A stretch of 64,000 nt of DNA from Hyalangium minutum (GTDB lineage: Bacteria; Myxococcota; Myxococcia; Myxococcales; Myxococcaceae), in the NCBI RefSeq assembly GCF_000737315.1, contig NZ_JMCB01000034.1, positions 1 to 64,000 on the forward strand, written 5' to 3'. Below, piece by piece: positions 16,757 to 27,900 of this stretch. Below the pieces are notes generated by a model. The model had not been told where the DNA came from. It saw only the letters and a list, made by a program, of their open reading frames with translations, and made no database searches. Every line of letters starts with the position of its first letter. Position 1 is the stretch's first letter. The position numbers were made by a program, and so were the translations under genes.

Positions 16757-18457
16757 ATGGGACTGGTCTATGCCCTCCCCGATCTGGGTGAGGGAGTCGC
16801 GGAAGCGGAAGTCGTTCACTGGTGGGTGTCCGAAGGCGATCGCGTCGAGGAAGACGCGCCCATGCTGGAGGTAACCACGGCCAAGGCCACCGTGCAGGTG
16901 CCCGCGCCGGGGAAGGGCGTGGCGCTGCGGGTGCTCGCGCGCAAGGGAGACAAGGTCGAGGTGGGCATGCCGCTCATCGTCATCGGGGAAGCCGGTGAGG
17001 ATGCGGATGCGCTGCTGCGGCAGTGGAGCCCCGCGGGCCATTCAGCCGCTCCCGCGGCTCCCACGCCGCAGCCCTCTGCCCCAGCGCCAGCGCCGCGCTC
17101 GATCCAGGCGCTCCCGAGGGTGCGCAAGCTGGCCGAGCAACTCGGTGTCTCTCTGGAGGCGATTGCCAAGAATGGGCCCATCACCGAGGAGGACGTGCGC
17201 GCGGCGGCGGCCTCTTCCACGGCCCGCTCTCTGCCCGGGCCCGCCCGGAAGCCGGAGCCCACGCCCACAATTCCTGCCCAGGGCGTGAGGGCCCGAGTGC
17301 CCCTGAGCGGGATGCGCCGCACGGCGGCCGAGCACCTCACCCGGACCCAGTCGATTCCGGCGGTCACAGTGGTGGAGGAGGCCTCCTTCGACACCTTGGA
17401 TCTGCTGCAAGGGTTGCTGGGCGTCAGCTATGTCCCGTTCCTGATTCAGGCGGCTGTCTCCGCGTTCACCGAGGTGCCGGAGATCAACGCCCTCTTCGAC
17501 GAGAAGCTGCAGGAGCTGGTGATCTACGACCGGGTGGATCTCGCGATCGCGGTCCACACCGAGGAGGGGCTGGCTGTCCCCGTCATCCACGACTGCGCGA
17601 AGATGACGCTGCGGGAACTGGAGGCCCGGGTGCAGGAGTTGGGCACGCAGGCCCGGGCTCGGAAGCTGAGCCTCGCCGACAGCATGGGCGGGACGTTCAC
17701 CATCACCAGCCCAGGCGATGCCGGAGCCTTGCTGGCCACGCCTCTGCTCAATGTGCCTCAGGTGGCCATCCTCGGTCTGCACCGGCCCACGCGCCGGCCC
17801 GTGGTGGCCGACGGCGAGCTGCGCGTGGGGCTCGCGGCCCATGTCACCCTGACGCACGATCACCGCGTCATTGATGGCCTCACCGCCTGCCGCTTCCTGC
17901 GCCGGATCACGGAGCGCCTCTCGCACCCGCTCCAGGCGCTGGACGAGGGTGTGTTCCGTCCTGGCTCTGCCCCCAAGGCTACGGCGGAGGCTGCGGCCGG
18001 GCAGCGTTCCCCCATGGGAGGTCCGGAGCAGCCGGGGAGCCCTGCCACCGGCCAGCCTGGAGAGCTGGCTCGCGAGCTGTCGAGCTTGGATCCGCGCAAG
18101 CGCCGTCTCCGGCTCGAGGCCTTCTTGGATACCGAGCTGCTGCGGCTCATGAAGCGCACGCGCGCCATCGATCGGAAGTCGACCTGGAAGGATCTGGGCT
18201 TGGATTCGTTGGTCGCGGTAGGGCTGCGAAACGTGCTGGTGCACGCGCTCGATCGCTCGCTGCCTGCCACCCTCCTCTTCAACCGCACCACGCCCGCGGC
18301 GCTCGCCGAGCACCTGCTGGGAATGCTCGAGGATGACCCGCCCGAAACCCAGGAGATGGATCCAGACGCGCTCCTCGCGAGCTTGAAGGGTCTGCCAGAG
18401 AACGAGGCACGCGCTCGGCTCGCGGAGCGGCTGGCGGCGGGGATGGAGCGACGATGA
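16757..18457 (+). CDS. Dihydrolipoamide acyltransferase (E2) fused to a C-terminal PKS-type acyl carrier protein
   Basis: Lipoyl domain (LPDLGEGVAEA...EVTTAKA), Pro/Ala linker, short subunit-binding domain (PRVRKLAEQLGV), catalytic TLTHDHRVIDG, then ACP (DLGLDSLVAVGLRN...LPATLLF) and a helical tail. The stop overlaps the next ATG (ATGA). Confidence 0.93.
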   Translation: MGLVYALPDLGEGVAEAEVVHWWVSEGDRVEEDAPMLEVTTAKATVQVPAPGKGVALRVLARKGDKVEVGMPLIVIGEAGEDADALLRQWSPAGHSAAPAAPTPQPSAPAPAPRSIQALPRVRKLAEQLGVSLEAIAKNGPITEEDVRAAAASSTARSLPGPARKPEPTPTIPAQGVRARVPLSGMRRTAAEHLTRTQSIPAVTVVEEASFDTLDLLQGLLGVSYVPFLIQAAVSAFTEVPEINALFDEKLQELVIYDRVDLAIAVHTEEGLAVPVIHDCAKMTLRELEARVQELGTQARARKLSLADSMGGTFTITSPGDAGALLATPLLNVPQVAILGLHRPTRRPVVADGELRVGLAAHVTLTHDHRVIDGLTACRFLRRITERLSHPLQALDEGVFRPGSAPKATAEAAAGQRSPMGGPEQPGSPATGQPGELARELSSLDPRKRRLRLEAFLDTELLRLMKRTRAIDRKSTWKDLGLDSLVAVGLRNVLVHALDRSLPATLLFNRTTPAALAEHLLGMLEDDPPETQEMDPDALLASLKGLPENEARARLAERLAAGMERR

Positions 18458-21400
18458 AGCCCGCGGTGCCCTCTTCCACTCTCGAGCCCATTGCCCTCAT
18501 CGGCATGGCGTGCCGTTTTCCCGGCGGTGCGGACTCCCTGGATGACTTCTGGAAGCTGCTCCGCCAGGGCACGGACGCCATGGCCGCGGTCCCCGCTGAC
18601 CGCTGGGACGCGGCCGCCTACTACGACGCCGACCCGAACGCCTCGGGGAAGATCCATGCTCAGCGCGCCGGTTTCCTCCGGCAGGTGGATCAGTTCGACG
18701 CCGAGTTCTGGGGCATCTCCGCGCGCGAGGCCGAGAGCATGGATCCTCAGCAGCGGCTGCTGCTGGAGGTCGCGCACGAGGCGCTCGAGCACGCGCTGCA
18801 GCCCACCGAGGAGCTCGCCGGGAGCCGTACGGGCGTCTTCGTGGGCATCTCCACGGATGACTACGGGCGGATGATGAGCCCGTCTGACGTCTACTCGGGC
18901 ACCGGCGCGTTCTTCAGCGTCGCCGCAGGGCGCCTCTCCTATCTGTTGGATCTGCGGGGGCCCGCAATCTCGGTAGACACCGCCTGTTCGTCATCCCTGG
19001 TGGCACTGCACCTGGCCTGCCAGAGCCTGCGCTCCGGAGAGTGCGATCTGGCGATCGTGGCGGGCGTCAACGTCATCGCCAGCCCGGACAAGAGCATCTA
19101 CTTCTCCAGCCTGAGGGCCTTGTCGCCGGATGGCCGGAGCAAGACGTTCGATGCCAGCGCGGATGGCTACGGCCGGGGCGAGGGGTGTGGCGTCCTGGTG
19201 CTGAAGCGGCAGACGGACGCCGCGAAGCAGGGGGACCGTGTGCTGGCGCGGGTGCGTGGCACGGCGGTCAACCAGGATGGGCGCAGCAATGGATTGACCG
19301 CGCCCAATGGCCTGGCCCAGGAAGCGGTGCTGCGAGAGGCGCTCTCGCGCTCGGGCCTGAAGCCGGGGGATCTGCAGTACATCGAGGCGCACGGCACGGG
19401 CACACCTCTCGGGGATCCGATCGAGATCGAGGCGCTCGGGTCCGTGCTGTGCCAGCGGCGATCTGCTTCGGATCCGCTGCTCGTCGGATCGGTGAAGACG
19501 AACATCGGCCACCTGGAGGCGGCCGCAGGCGTCGCGGGCATCATCAAGGTGGTCCTGTCCCTGCAGCACAAGCAGATCCCACCGCACCTGCACCTGAAGA
19601 ACCCGAACCCGCTCATTCCCTGGAACGAGCTGGCCCTGAAGGTGCCTGTCGATCTGACCCCGTGGCCCTCGCGCGCTTCTCGGATGGCAGGGGTGAGCTC
19701 GTTCGGAATCAGTGGGACCAACGCCCATGTCATCCTCGAGGAGGCTCCTGCTGAGCCGCCCCCGGCTCCCGTCGAATGGGATGACTCCAAGGGCGTGCTG
19801 CTGCCCCTCTCCGCTCGCTCCACTCAAGCCCTGCGCTCCCTGGCTCTCTCCTACGCTCAGCTCCTGGACTCCGGCTCCTTCGACTCTCTGCTGCCTCAGC
19901 TCTCCTTCTCTTCAGGCACTCGCCGCTCTCACCACCCCCACCGCCTGGCTGTCGCTGGCCGCTCTCCCCAGGAACTGGCTGCCTCTCTTCGCTCCTTCTG
20001 CGAGCAGCCCTCCTCTCAGCCTCGCTCCTCTCCTCCCAGAATCGCCTTCGTCTTCCCGGGCCAGGGCTCTCAGTGGCTTGGCATGGGCCGACAGCTCTAC
20101 TCCTCCGAGCCTGTCTTCCGTCAGGCTCTCGACTCCTTTGACGCCGCCGTCCTCAAACTCTCTGGCTGGTCCATTCTTCAGGAGCTCTTCTCCGACGCTC
20201 CTCACCCTCGCCTTCTCTCCGACGTCGACGTCATCCAGCCCTGCATCGTCGCCCTCCAGCTCGCCCTGGCCTCCCTCTGGCGCTCCTGGGGCGTCGTCCC
20301 AGAAGTCGTCATCGGCCAGAGCATGGGCGAAGTCAGCGCCGCTTGCTTCGCCGGCGCTCTGTCCCTCGAGGATGCTGCTCGCGTCATCTGCGCTCGCAGC
20401 TCCCTGGCCAAGCGCACCAGCGGCCAGGGCGCCATGGCCACCGTGGAACTCTCCTCGGACCAGCTGACTCCTCTTCTCGAGCCCTCCGTCTCCATCGCCG
20501 CCATCAACGGCCCCTCCTCCTGTCTCGTCTCAGGCGAGGCCGCTGCCGTCCATCGCCTCATCTCTTCTCTCTCCTCCTCTGGCGTCTTCTGCCGCCCCGT
20601 CAAAGTCGACTACGCCTCTCACAGTCCTCAGATGGAGCCTCTTCGCCAGCCTCTGCTCGACGCACTCCACGGCGTCTCGGGCCTCAACTCCCTCATCCCC
20701 CTTCGCTCCACCGTCACCAACTCCTGGCTCGACGGCTCTCAGCTCGGGCCCGACTACTGGTTCTCTAACCTCCGTCAGCCCGTCCTCCTCTTCCCTGCTG
20801 TCCATTCCCTCCTCTCTGAGGACTCCATCGACCTGCTCCTGGAGATCAGCCCTCACCCTGTCCTCATTCCCTCCCTGGAGCAGGCTGTCTCCCTGGCCAA
20901 AGTCGACTGCGCTGTCCTTCCTTCTCTTCGCCGCGAGCAGCCTGAGCGCCTCACACTTCTCTCCTCTCTGGCCGCCCTTTTCTCTCGCGGCTTGAACCCA
21001 CACTTCTCCAACCTCCTCCCTCCTTCCCTCAAGCCTCTCCCTCTTCCCTCTTACCCCTGGCAACGAAAGCGGCACTGGATCGCAGCCCCTGCGCGCACGG
21101 GTGCCGGACGCCCACAGGATGCCGGGGCCCATCCGCTGCTGGGACACGGACTCGTCTCCTCGGTGCAGCAAGGGGCCCGCCTCTGGGAGACCGAGCTCAG
21201 CCTCCAGGGAGTGCCGTACCTCTCCGAGCACACGGTCGAGGGGAGGCCCATCCTCCCCGGAGCGGCCTATCTGGAGATGGCCCTCTCCGCAGCAGTCCAG
21301 GCTTTCGGGCGTGGCACCTTCACTCTGGAGGATGTCACCCTGCACGAGGCCATGGAGCTGCAGGAATCGGCTCCTCGCACCGTGCAGCTCGCGATGACCG

Positions 21401-24400
21401 AGACCCGCACGGGGGCTGGCTCCTTCCGCATCTCGAGCCGCGAGCCCACAGCGAGTGGCACGGGAGGATGGACGCTGCATGCCAGCGGCACCGTTCATGT
21501 GGAGGCCGCGAGCCCGTCCGCGACCGAGCGGCACGACCTCGGCGCCACCCAGGCCCGCTGCCCTGAGCGCGTCTCGAGAGACGCCCACTACGCCTCGCTC
21601 CAGGCCCGGCGGCTGCAGCACGGCACAGCCTTTGCCGGCATCGTCGATGTCTGGCGCTCCTCGAACGAGGCGCTCGCCCGCATCTGCTCACCCGAGCGTC
21701 GAGCCTTCGATGGCCAGTCCTACCGGATCGATCCCGCGCTCCTGGACTCTGCGCTCCAAGCGTCCCTGGCGACGCTGAGCGGGTATCCGTCCTCCCAGAA
21801 CTCCGCGCCCGTGGTCCCCACCGGTTGGCAGACCGTGCGCGTGCATGGCATCCCGAATCATGCCGGTGAGCTGTGGAGCCACGCCTCGCTCAAGAGCCAC
21901 GATGAGGCAGCGGGCGAGACTCGGGTGGACCTGGCCTTGCTGGACTCCTCGGGACGCGTGCTCGTCGAGGTGCTCGGCCTGCGCATGAAGCGGCTAGGAT
22001 CCGCGGCCAGCTCGGCCCGCTCCGTCCTGGCCATCGAGTGGCGCGCCGCTCCCGCAGCCGAGACTCCGGCCCGACAGCCCGGCAGCACTCAGGGGGCTTG
22101 GGTCCTGGTCTCCCAAGAGCCTGACGAGGCTCTGGCCGCGGCGCTCCAGCAGCAATTGGAGGCGCATGGAAGGTCCGTGCTCCGCATCCACGCGGGCCGT
22201 CTCGCTGCCAGTGGCGGGCCAGCGGCCTCGGATGCGTTGCTTCAGGAGGCGCTGGGCAACGCCACCTCGTGCGAGGGCGTCGTCCTCCTCGCCAGCCCCG
22301 CGGCGGGTACCTCCGTGGAGCCAATGTCCGCAGTGGAGGCAGGTGAGCCGGCGTGGTCGAGTGCCCTCACCCTCGTCCAGACCCTGACGCGGAGGCGCTG
22401 GCGCGATGCCCCACGCCTCTGGCTGGTCACCCGGGCAGCCCAACCGTTCGGCTCCAGCCCCTCGGAAGGTTCACTCACCACCTCACCCCTCTGGGGCTTC
22501 GGGAGGACGCTCGCGTACGAGCACCCCGAGCTGCGGTGCACCCGTGTGGACCTGGGTTCCCTCTCCGGCAAGGAGGAGGCCGAGCGCCTGGCCGCGGAGC
22601 TCCTGTCCGAGCCCCGCGAAGAGGAGATCGCGCTCCGCCCGGACGGACGGTATTCCGCCCAGCTCGTGCAGCGGGAGCCGCGTCCCCCTGCCCTGATCAC
22701 CGCTCCCGCGAAGGGGCGGCCCTTCCGGTTGGAGATCGATGCTCCAGGCTCACTCGATCGCCTCTCCCTGCGAGAGACCGAGCGCCGCGCTCCAGGCCCT
22801 GGCGAGGTGGAGATCGCCGTCAAGGCAGCGGGTCTGAACTTCCTCGACGTCCTCGTGGCGCTCGGCGTGATCACCAACGATCCCCAGGCTCCGTCGTCCT
22901 TCCTGGGCGTGGAGTGCGCCGGGACCGTGGTCTCCACGGGCGAAGGCGTCACCGGCCTACGTCCGGGAGACCGGGTGGTGGCGCTCGTGCCCGGCGCGTT
23001 TGCCTCCTTCATCACGACGTCCGCCCACCTGGTCTCGCCCATCCCCGGCACGCTCACGTTCGCGGAGGCGACGACCCTCCCGATCGCCCACACCACCGCC
23101 TACTTCGCCCTGGCCCACAAGGCGAGGCTCGCGAAGGGCGAGCGCGTCCTCATCCACTCCGCCGCGGGAGCCGTGGGCGAGGCAGCCCTCCAGTGGGCCC
23201 GCCATATCGGCGCGGAGATCTTCACGACCGTGGGTACCGAGGAGAAGCGCGAACACCTGAAGTCGCTCGGGGTGCGCTTCATCTCCGACTCGCGCTCGCT
23301 GCGCTTCGTGGAGGACATCCGCGAGTGGACGGGCGGCGAAGGCGTGGATGTCATCCTCAACAGCCTCTCGGGAGAGGCCATCCCCAAGGGCCTGGAGCTG
23401 CTCCGCGACGATGGGCGCTTCATCGAGCTGGGCAAGCGGGACTACCTGGACAACGCGCAGCTCGGCTCGCGGCCCTTCCTCAAGGGGTTGTCCTTCTCGC
23501 TCGTGGACCTGCGCGCCATGCTGCTCAAGCGGCCGGAGCAGCTGGGCCAGCTCCTGCGAGAGGTGCTGGCGCTGGTGGAGCAAGGCACGCTGAAGCCCAT
23601 CCCGCACCGCGCCTTCCCCATCGCCGAGGCTGCCGAGGCCTTCCGCGCCATGAGCCAGGGTCGGCACCTCGGGAAGCTCGTTCTCGAGTTCGAGGAGACG
23701 TCGACGCCCATCGCCGCGCCGCGCTGGGCAGGCCACTTCCGGCCGGATGCCACCTACCTGGTGACGGGTGGACTCGGCGGACTCGGGCTGTCCCTGGCGC
23801 GGTGGATGGTGGAGCGAGGCGCCCGGCACCTCGTGCTCGCCAGCCGGAGTGGCGCGGACTCCAAGGTAGAGGAGCCTCTGGCAGCCCTGAGACGCACGGG
23901 CGCGGAGGTTCAGGCCGTGCGCGCGGATGTGGCGAACCGGGCCGAGGTCGCCCGGTTGCTGGAGGGTATTGCCACCTCGGGCCGACCCCTGCGCGGCGTG
24001 TTCCACCTGGCGGGTCTGCTGGACGATGCGCTGCTCGCGCAGCAGGACCGGGAGCGCTTCCGCCGGGTGTTGGCGCCCAAGGTGGACGGAGCGTGGAACC
24101 TGCACGTGCTGACCCAGGACCTGCCGCTGGACCTGTTCGTCCTCTACTCCTCGGTGGCGTCGCTGGTGGGCTCGCCTGGGCAGGCCAACTACGCCGCGGC
24201 CAACGCGTTCCTCGACGCGCTCGCGGAGTACCGGCGAGCCCACGGATTGCCGGCGCTCAGCCTCGGCTGGGGGCCCTTCTCCGAAGCCGGACTCGCGGCC
24301 GCCCAGGCCAACCGCGGCAGCCGCGTCCAGGAGCGTGGCATGGCGAGCCTCACTCCCGCCGAGGGCGAGACGCTGCTCGCGACCCTCCTCGGCCGGGACG

Positions 24401-24942
24401 AGGCCCACGTCGGCGTGGTCCAGTTGGATGTCCGGCAGTGGCTGGACTTCTATCCCACCCTGGCTTCCTCCACCCTCTTCTCGCAGTTGGCGCGGGGCTC
24501 CGAGGGCGCTACCCGCCAGGACGCGGCGCCTCGCCAGGCGATCCTCGCAGCGGCACCCGAGCGGCGCAGGATGCTGATGGAGCGCTTCGTCCGTGACCAG
24601 CTCGCCCGCGTGCTGCGAGCGGACCCGACGCATATCCCCGCCACTGCGCCGCTCAAGACGCTGGGCCTGGACTCGCTCACGGGCCTGGAGCTGCGCAACC
24701 GGCTGGAGTCCGGGACGGCGCTCAAGCTGTCGTCCACGCTGATCTGGACCTACTCGAGCGTGTCGGCGCTGGCGGAGCACCTGCTGGGGCTCATCGCGCC
24801 GGTGGAGCCTCAGCCCCCGAGCAGCGCTCCGCCAAAGCAGACGGAGGAAGAGCGGCTGTACGCAGAGGCCAAGACCATGTCCGACGAGCACCTCATGGCC
24901 GAGCTGGCACGTGAGCTGGAAGACGCGGAGCAGGAAGCATGA
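18454..24942 (+). CDS. Modular type I PKS: KS-AT(methylmalonyl-type)-DH-ER-KR-ACP
   Basis: 2162 aa. [10 protein letters not shown]; AT GQSMG and DYASHS; [14 protein letters not shown]; [13 protein letters not shown]; [19 protein letters not shown]; [11 protein letters not shown]; C-terminal docking helix. No N-terminal docking extension. Confidence 0.96.
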   Translation: MKPAVPSSTLEPIALIGMACRFPGGADSLDDFWKLLRQGTDAMAAVPADRWDAAAYYDADPNASGKIHAQRAGFLRQVDQFDAEFWGISAREAESMDPQQRLLLEVAHEALEHALQPTEELAGSRTGVFVGISTDDYGRMMSPSDVYSGTGAFFSVAAGRLSYLLDLRGPAISVDTACSSSLVALHLACQSLRSGECDLAIVAGVNVIASPDKSIYFSSLRALSPDGRSKTFDASADGYGRGEGCGVLVLKRQTDAAKQGDRVLARVRGTAVNQDGRSNGLTAPNGLAQEAVLREALSRSGLKPGDLQYIEAHGTGTPLGDPIEIEALGSVLCQRRSASDPLLVGSVKTNIGHLEAAAGVAGIIKVVLSLQHKQIPPHLHLKNPNPLIPWNELALKVPVDLTPWPSRASRMAGVSSFGISGTNAHVILEEAPAEPPPAPVEWDDSKGVLLPLSARSTQALRSLALSYAQLLDSGSFDSLLPQLSFSSGTRRSHHPHRLAVAGRSPQELAASLRSFCEQPSSQPRSSPPRIAFVFPGQGSQWLGMGRQLYSSEPVFRQALDSFDAAVLKLSGWSILQELFSDAPHPRLLSDVDVIQPCIVALQLALASLWRSWGVVPEVVIGQSMGEVSAACFAGALSLEDAARVICARSSLAKRTSGQGAMATVELSSDQLTPLLEPSVSIAAINGPSSCLVSGEAAAVHRLISSLSSSGVFCRPVKVDYASHSPQMEPLRQPLLDALHGVSGLNSLIPLRSTVTNSWLDGSQLGPDYWFSNLRQPVLLFPAVHSLLSEDSIDLLLEISPHPVLIPSLEQAVSLAKVDCAVLPSLRREQPERLTLLSSLAALFSRGLNPHFSNLLPPSLKPLPLPSYPWQRKRHWIAAPARTGAGRPQDAGAHPLLGHGLVSSVQQGARLWETELSLQGVPYLSEHTVEGRPILPGAAYLEMALSAAVQAFGRGTFTLEDVTLHEAMELQESAPRTVQLAMTETRTGAGSFRISSREPTASGTGGWTLHASGTVHVEAASPSATERHDLGATQARCPERVSRDAHYASLQARRLQHGTAFAGIVDVWRSSNEALARICSPERRAFDGQSYRIDPALLDSALQASLATLSGYPSSQNSAPVVPTGWQTVRVHGIPNHAGELWSHASLKSHDEAAGETRVDLALLDSSGRVLVEVLGLRMKRLGSAASSARSVLAIEWRAAPAAETPARQPGSTQGAWVLVSQEPDEALAAALQQQLEAHGRSVLRIHAGRLAASGGPAASDALLQEALGNATSCEGVVLLASPAAGTSVEPMSAVEAGEPAWSSALTLVQTLTRRRWRDAPRLWLVTRAAQPFGSSPSEGSLTTSPLWGFGRTLAYEHPELRCTRVDLGSLSGKEEAERLAAELLSEPREEEIALRPDGRYSAQLVQREPRPPALITAPAKGRPFRLEIDAPGSLDRLSLRETERRAPGPGEVEIAVKAAGLNFLDVLVALGVITNDPQAPSSFLGVECAGTVVSTGEGVTGLRPGDRVVALVPGAFASFITTSAHLVSPIPGTLTFAEATTLPIAHTTAYFALAHKARLAKGERVLIHSAAGAVGEAALQWARHIGAEIFTTVGTEEKREHLKSLGVRFISDSRSLRFVEDIREWTGGEGVDVILNSLSGEAIPKGLELLRDDGRFIELGKRDYLDNAQLGSRPFLKGLSFSLVDLRAMLLKRPEQLGQLLREVLALVEQGTLKPIPHRAFPIAEAAEAFRAMSQGRHLGKLVLEFEETSTPIAAPRWAGHFRPDATYLVTGGLGGLGLSLARWMVERGARHLVLASRSGADSKVEEPLAALRRTGAEVQAVRADVANRAEVARLLEGIATSGRPLRGVFHLAGLLDDALLAQQDRERFRRVLAPKVDGAWNLHVLTQDLPLDLFVLYSSVASLVGSPGQANYAAANAFLDALAEYRRAHGLPALSLGWGPFSEAGLAAAQANRGSRVQERGMASLTPAEGETLLATLLGRDEAHVGVVQLDVRQWLDFYPTLASSTLFSQLARGSEGATRQDAAPRQAILAAAPERRRMLMERFVRDQLARVLRADPTHIPATAPLKTLGLDSLTGLELRNRLESGTALKLSSTLIWTYSSVSALAEHLLGLIAPVEPQPPSSAPPKQTEEERLYAEAKTMSDEHLMAELARELEDAEQEA
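19687..21078 (+). repeat. AT cassette copy 1 (~1.39 kb), near-identical to 26241-27632
   Basis: Constant offset of 6554 checked at 19687, 20101 and 21051. Runs from [14 protein letters not shown] to YPWQRxRHW. Confidence 0.94.
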
Positions 24943-27900
24943 CACCTGACCCGAACAACCTGCGGGAGCTGCTGGAGCGCGCCACCGTCCAGGTGAAGAA
25001 GCTGCGCGCGGAGAACAAGTCCCTGCGCGGCGCTCGCGAGGAGCCGATCGCCATCATCGGCATGGCCTGCCGCTTCCCGGGTGCGAAGGACCTGCAGGAG
25101 TACTGGCGCCTGCTCAGCCATGGCGTGGACGCCATCCGGGAGATTCCTCCCGAGCGGTGGCCCGCGGGGCCCGAGACGGAGGAGCTGCCGGCGGTGCGCT
25201 GGGCCGGGTTGCTGGACTCCGTGGATGGCTTCGATGCCGAGTTCCATGGCATCAGCCCCCGCGAGGCCGCCAGCCTCGATCCCCAGCAGCGGCTGCTGCT
25301 GGAGGTGAGCTGGGAGGCGCTGGAGGATGCGCTGCAGCCCGTCAGCGGGCTCATGGGTGCGCCGGTCGGCGTGTTCGTGGGGATGTCGTCGGTGGACTAC
25401 CAGCACCACATGCTCGCCCGCCCGCCCGAGGAGCTGGATGGGTACTCGGCCACTGGAACCATGACCAGCGTGGCCGCGGGTCGCATTGCGTACACGCTCG
25501 GGCTCCAAGGTCCCTGCGCGGCGGTGGACACAGCGTGCTCGTCGTCGCTGGTGGCGGTGCACCTGGCCTGCCAGAGCTTGCGCGATGGGGAGAGCCAGCT
25601 CGCCCTCGCAGGCGGAGTGAACCTGCTGCTGTCGCACGATTGGATGGTGGCCGCGGGGCGGACGCAGTCGCTCTCTCCAGATGGGCGCTGCCGGACCTTC
25701 GACGCGGGCGCCAATGGGTTCGTGCGTGGCGAGGGGTGCGGCATCCTCGTGCTCAAGCGCCTGTCCGATGCGCTTCGCGATGGAGACCGCATCTGGGCGC
25801 TGCTGCGCGGCTCGGCCATCAACCACGACGGCCGCTCGGGGGGGCTGACCGTGCCGAACGTCCTCTCGCAGCAGGCCTTGCTGCGCAAGGCGCTCGAGGC
25901 AGCCCGCGTCACGGCCGCGCAAGTGGGTTATGTCGAGGCGCACGGCACCGGAACCTCGATCGGTGACCCCATCGAGCTGGAGGCAATCAAGGCGGTGCTC
26001 GGGGCTCCGCGCGAGAATGGCGCCCCCTGCGCCGTCGGCTCGGTGAAGACGAACGTGGGCCACCTGGAGGCCGCCGCGGGGGTCGCGGGCATCATCAAGG
26101 TGGCGTTGTCCCTCAAGCACCAGGCCATCCCCCGCCATCTCCACTTCCGCACGCTCAACCCTCGAATCTCGTTGGAGGGGACACCGTTGGTGATCCCCAC
26201 CGAGGGACTCCCCTGGAAATCGGGAGAGGCCCCGCGCTTCGCAGGGGTGAGCTCGTTCGGAATCAGTGGGACCAACGCCCATGTCATCCTCGAGGAGGCT
26301 CCTGCTGAGCCGCCCTCGGCTCCCGTCACCTGGGATGACTCCAAGGGCGTGCTGCTGCCCCTCTCCGCCCGCTCCACCCCAGCTCTGCGCTCCCTGGCCC
26401 TCTCCTACGCTCAGCTTCTGGACTCCGGCTCCTTCGACTCTCTGCTGCCTCAACTCTCCTTCTCCGCGGGCACCCGCCGCTCTCACCACCCCCACCGCCT
26501 GGCTGTCGCAGGCCGCTCTCCTCAGGAGCTGGCTGCTTCTCTTCGCTCCTTCTCCGAGCAGCCCTCCTCTCAGCCTCGCTCCTCTGCTCCCAGAATCGCC
26601 TTCGTCTTCCCGGGCCAGGGCTCTCAGTGGCTCGGCATGGGCCGCCAGCTCTACTCCTCCGAGCCTGTCTTCCGTCAGGCTCTCGACTCCTTTGACGCCG
26701 CCGTCCTCAAACTCTCTGGCTGGTCCATTCTTCAGGAGCTCTTCTCCGACGCTCCTCACCCTCGCCTTCTCTCCGACGTCGACGTCATCCAGCCCTGCAT
26801 CGTCGCCCTCCAACTCGCCCTGGCCTCCCTCTGGCGCTCCTGGGGCGTCGTTCCCGAAGTCGTCATCGGCCAGAGCATGGGCGAAGTCAGCGCCGCTTGC
26901 TTCGCTGGCGCTCTGTCCCTCGAGGATGCTGCCCGCGTCATCTGCGCTCGCAGCTCCCTGGCCAAGCGCACCAGCGGCCAGGGCGCCATGGCCACCGTCG
27001 AGCTCTCCTCCGAACAACTGACTCCTCTTCTCGAGCCCTCCGTCTCCATCGCCGCCATCAACGGCCCCTCCTCCTGTCTCGTCTCAGGCGAGGCCGCCGC
27101 CATTCATCGCCTCGTCTCCTCTCTCTCCTCCTCTGGCGTCTTCTGCCGCCCCGTCAAAGTCGACTACGCCTCGCACAGTCCTCAGATGGAGCCTCTTCGC
27201 CAGCCTCTGCTCGACGCACTCCACGGCGTCTCGGGCCTCAACTCCCTCATCCCCCTTCGCTCCACCGTCACCAACTCCTGGCTCGACGGCTCCCAGCTCG
27301 GGCCCGACTACTGGTTCTCTAACCTCCGTCAGCCCGTCCTCCTCTTCCCTGCTGTCCATTCCCTCCTCTCTGAGGACTCCATCGACCTGCTCCTGGAGAT
27401 CAGCCCTCACCCCGTCCTCATTCCCTCCCTCGAGCAGGCTGTCTCCCTGGCCAAAGTCGACTGTGCCGTCCTTCCCTCTCTTCGCCGCGAGCAGCCTGAG
27501 CGCTTCACCCTGCTCTCCTCTCTGGCCGCCCTCTTCTCTCGCGGCTTGAACCCTCTCTTCTCCAACCTCCTCCCTCCTTCTCTCAAGCCTCTCCCTCTCC
27601 CCTCCTACCCTTGGCAGCGACAGCGGCACTGGCTGCCTGCTTCGAAGTCCCAGAGCGCTCGCACCGACGATCACCTCCCTCCTGGAAAGCGGGTGCAGTC
27701 ACCCGCGCTCGAAGGCGTGCTCTACGAGTCCCGACTTCGTCCAGACTCGCTGAGCTGCTTCGAGAGCCACCATTTCGAAGGAGGCGTGCTCGCTCCGGCG
27801 ACCTGGATGCTGTCGCTCGCCCTGGCTGCCGCTCGGGACTGTCTCGGCGACGGCGAGGTGGTGCTCCGCGAGGTGACCATCCCTCGGCCCCTCTTCATCC

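Noticed and set aside
19687-27632. Duplicated cassettes as an assembly artefact
   Set aside because: The copies differ by scattered substitutions and join in frame to distinct flanking domains; long reads would still be the decisive check.
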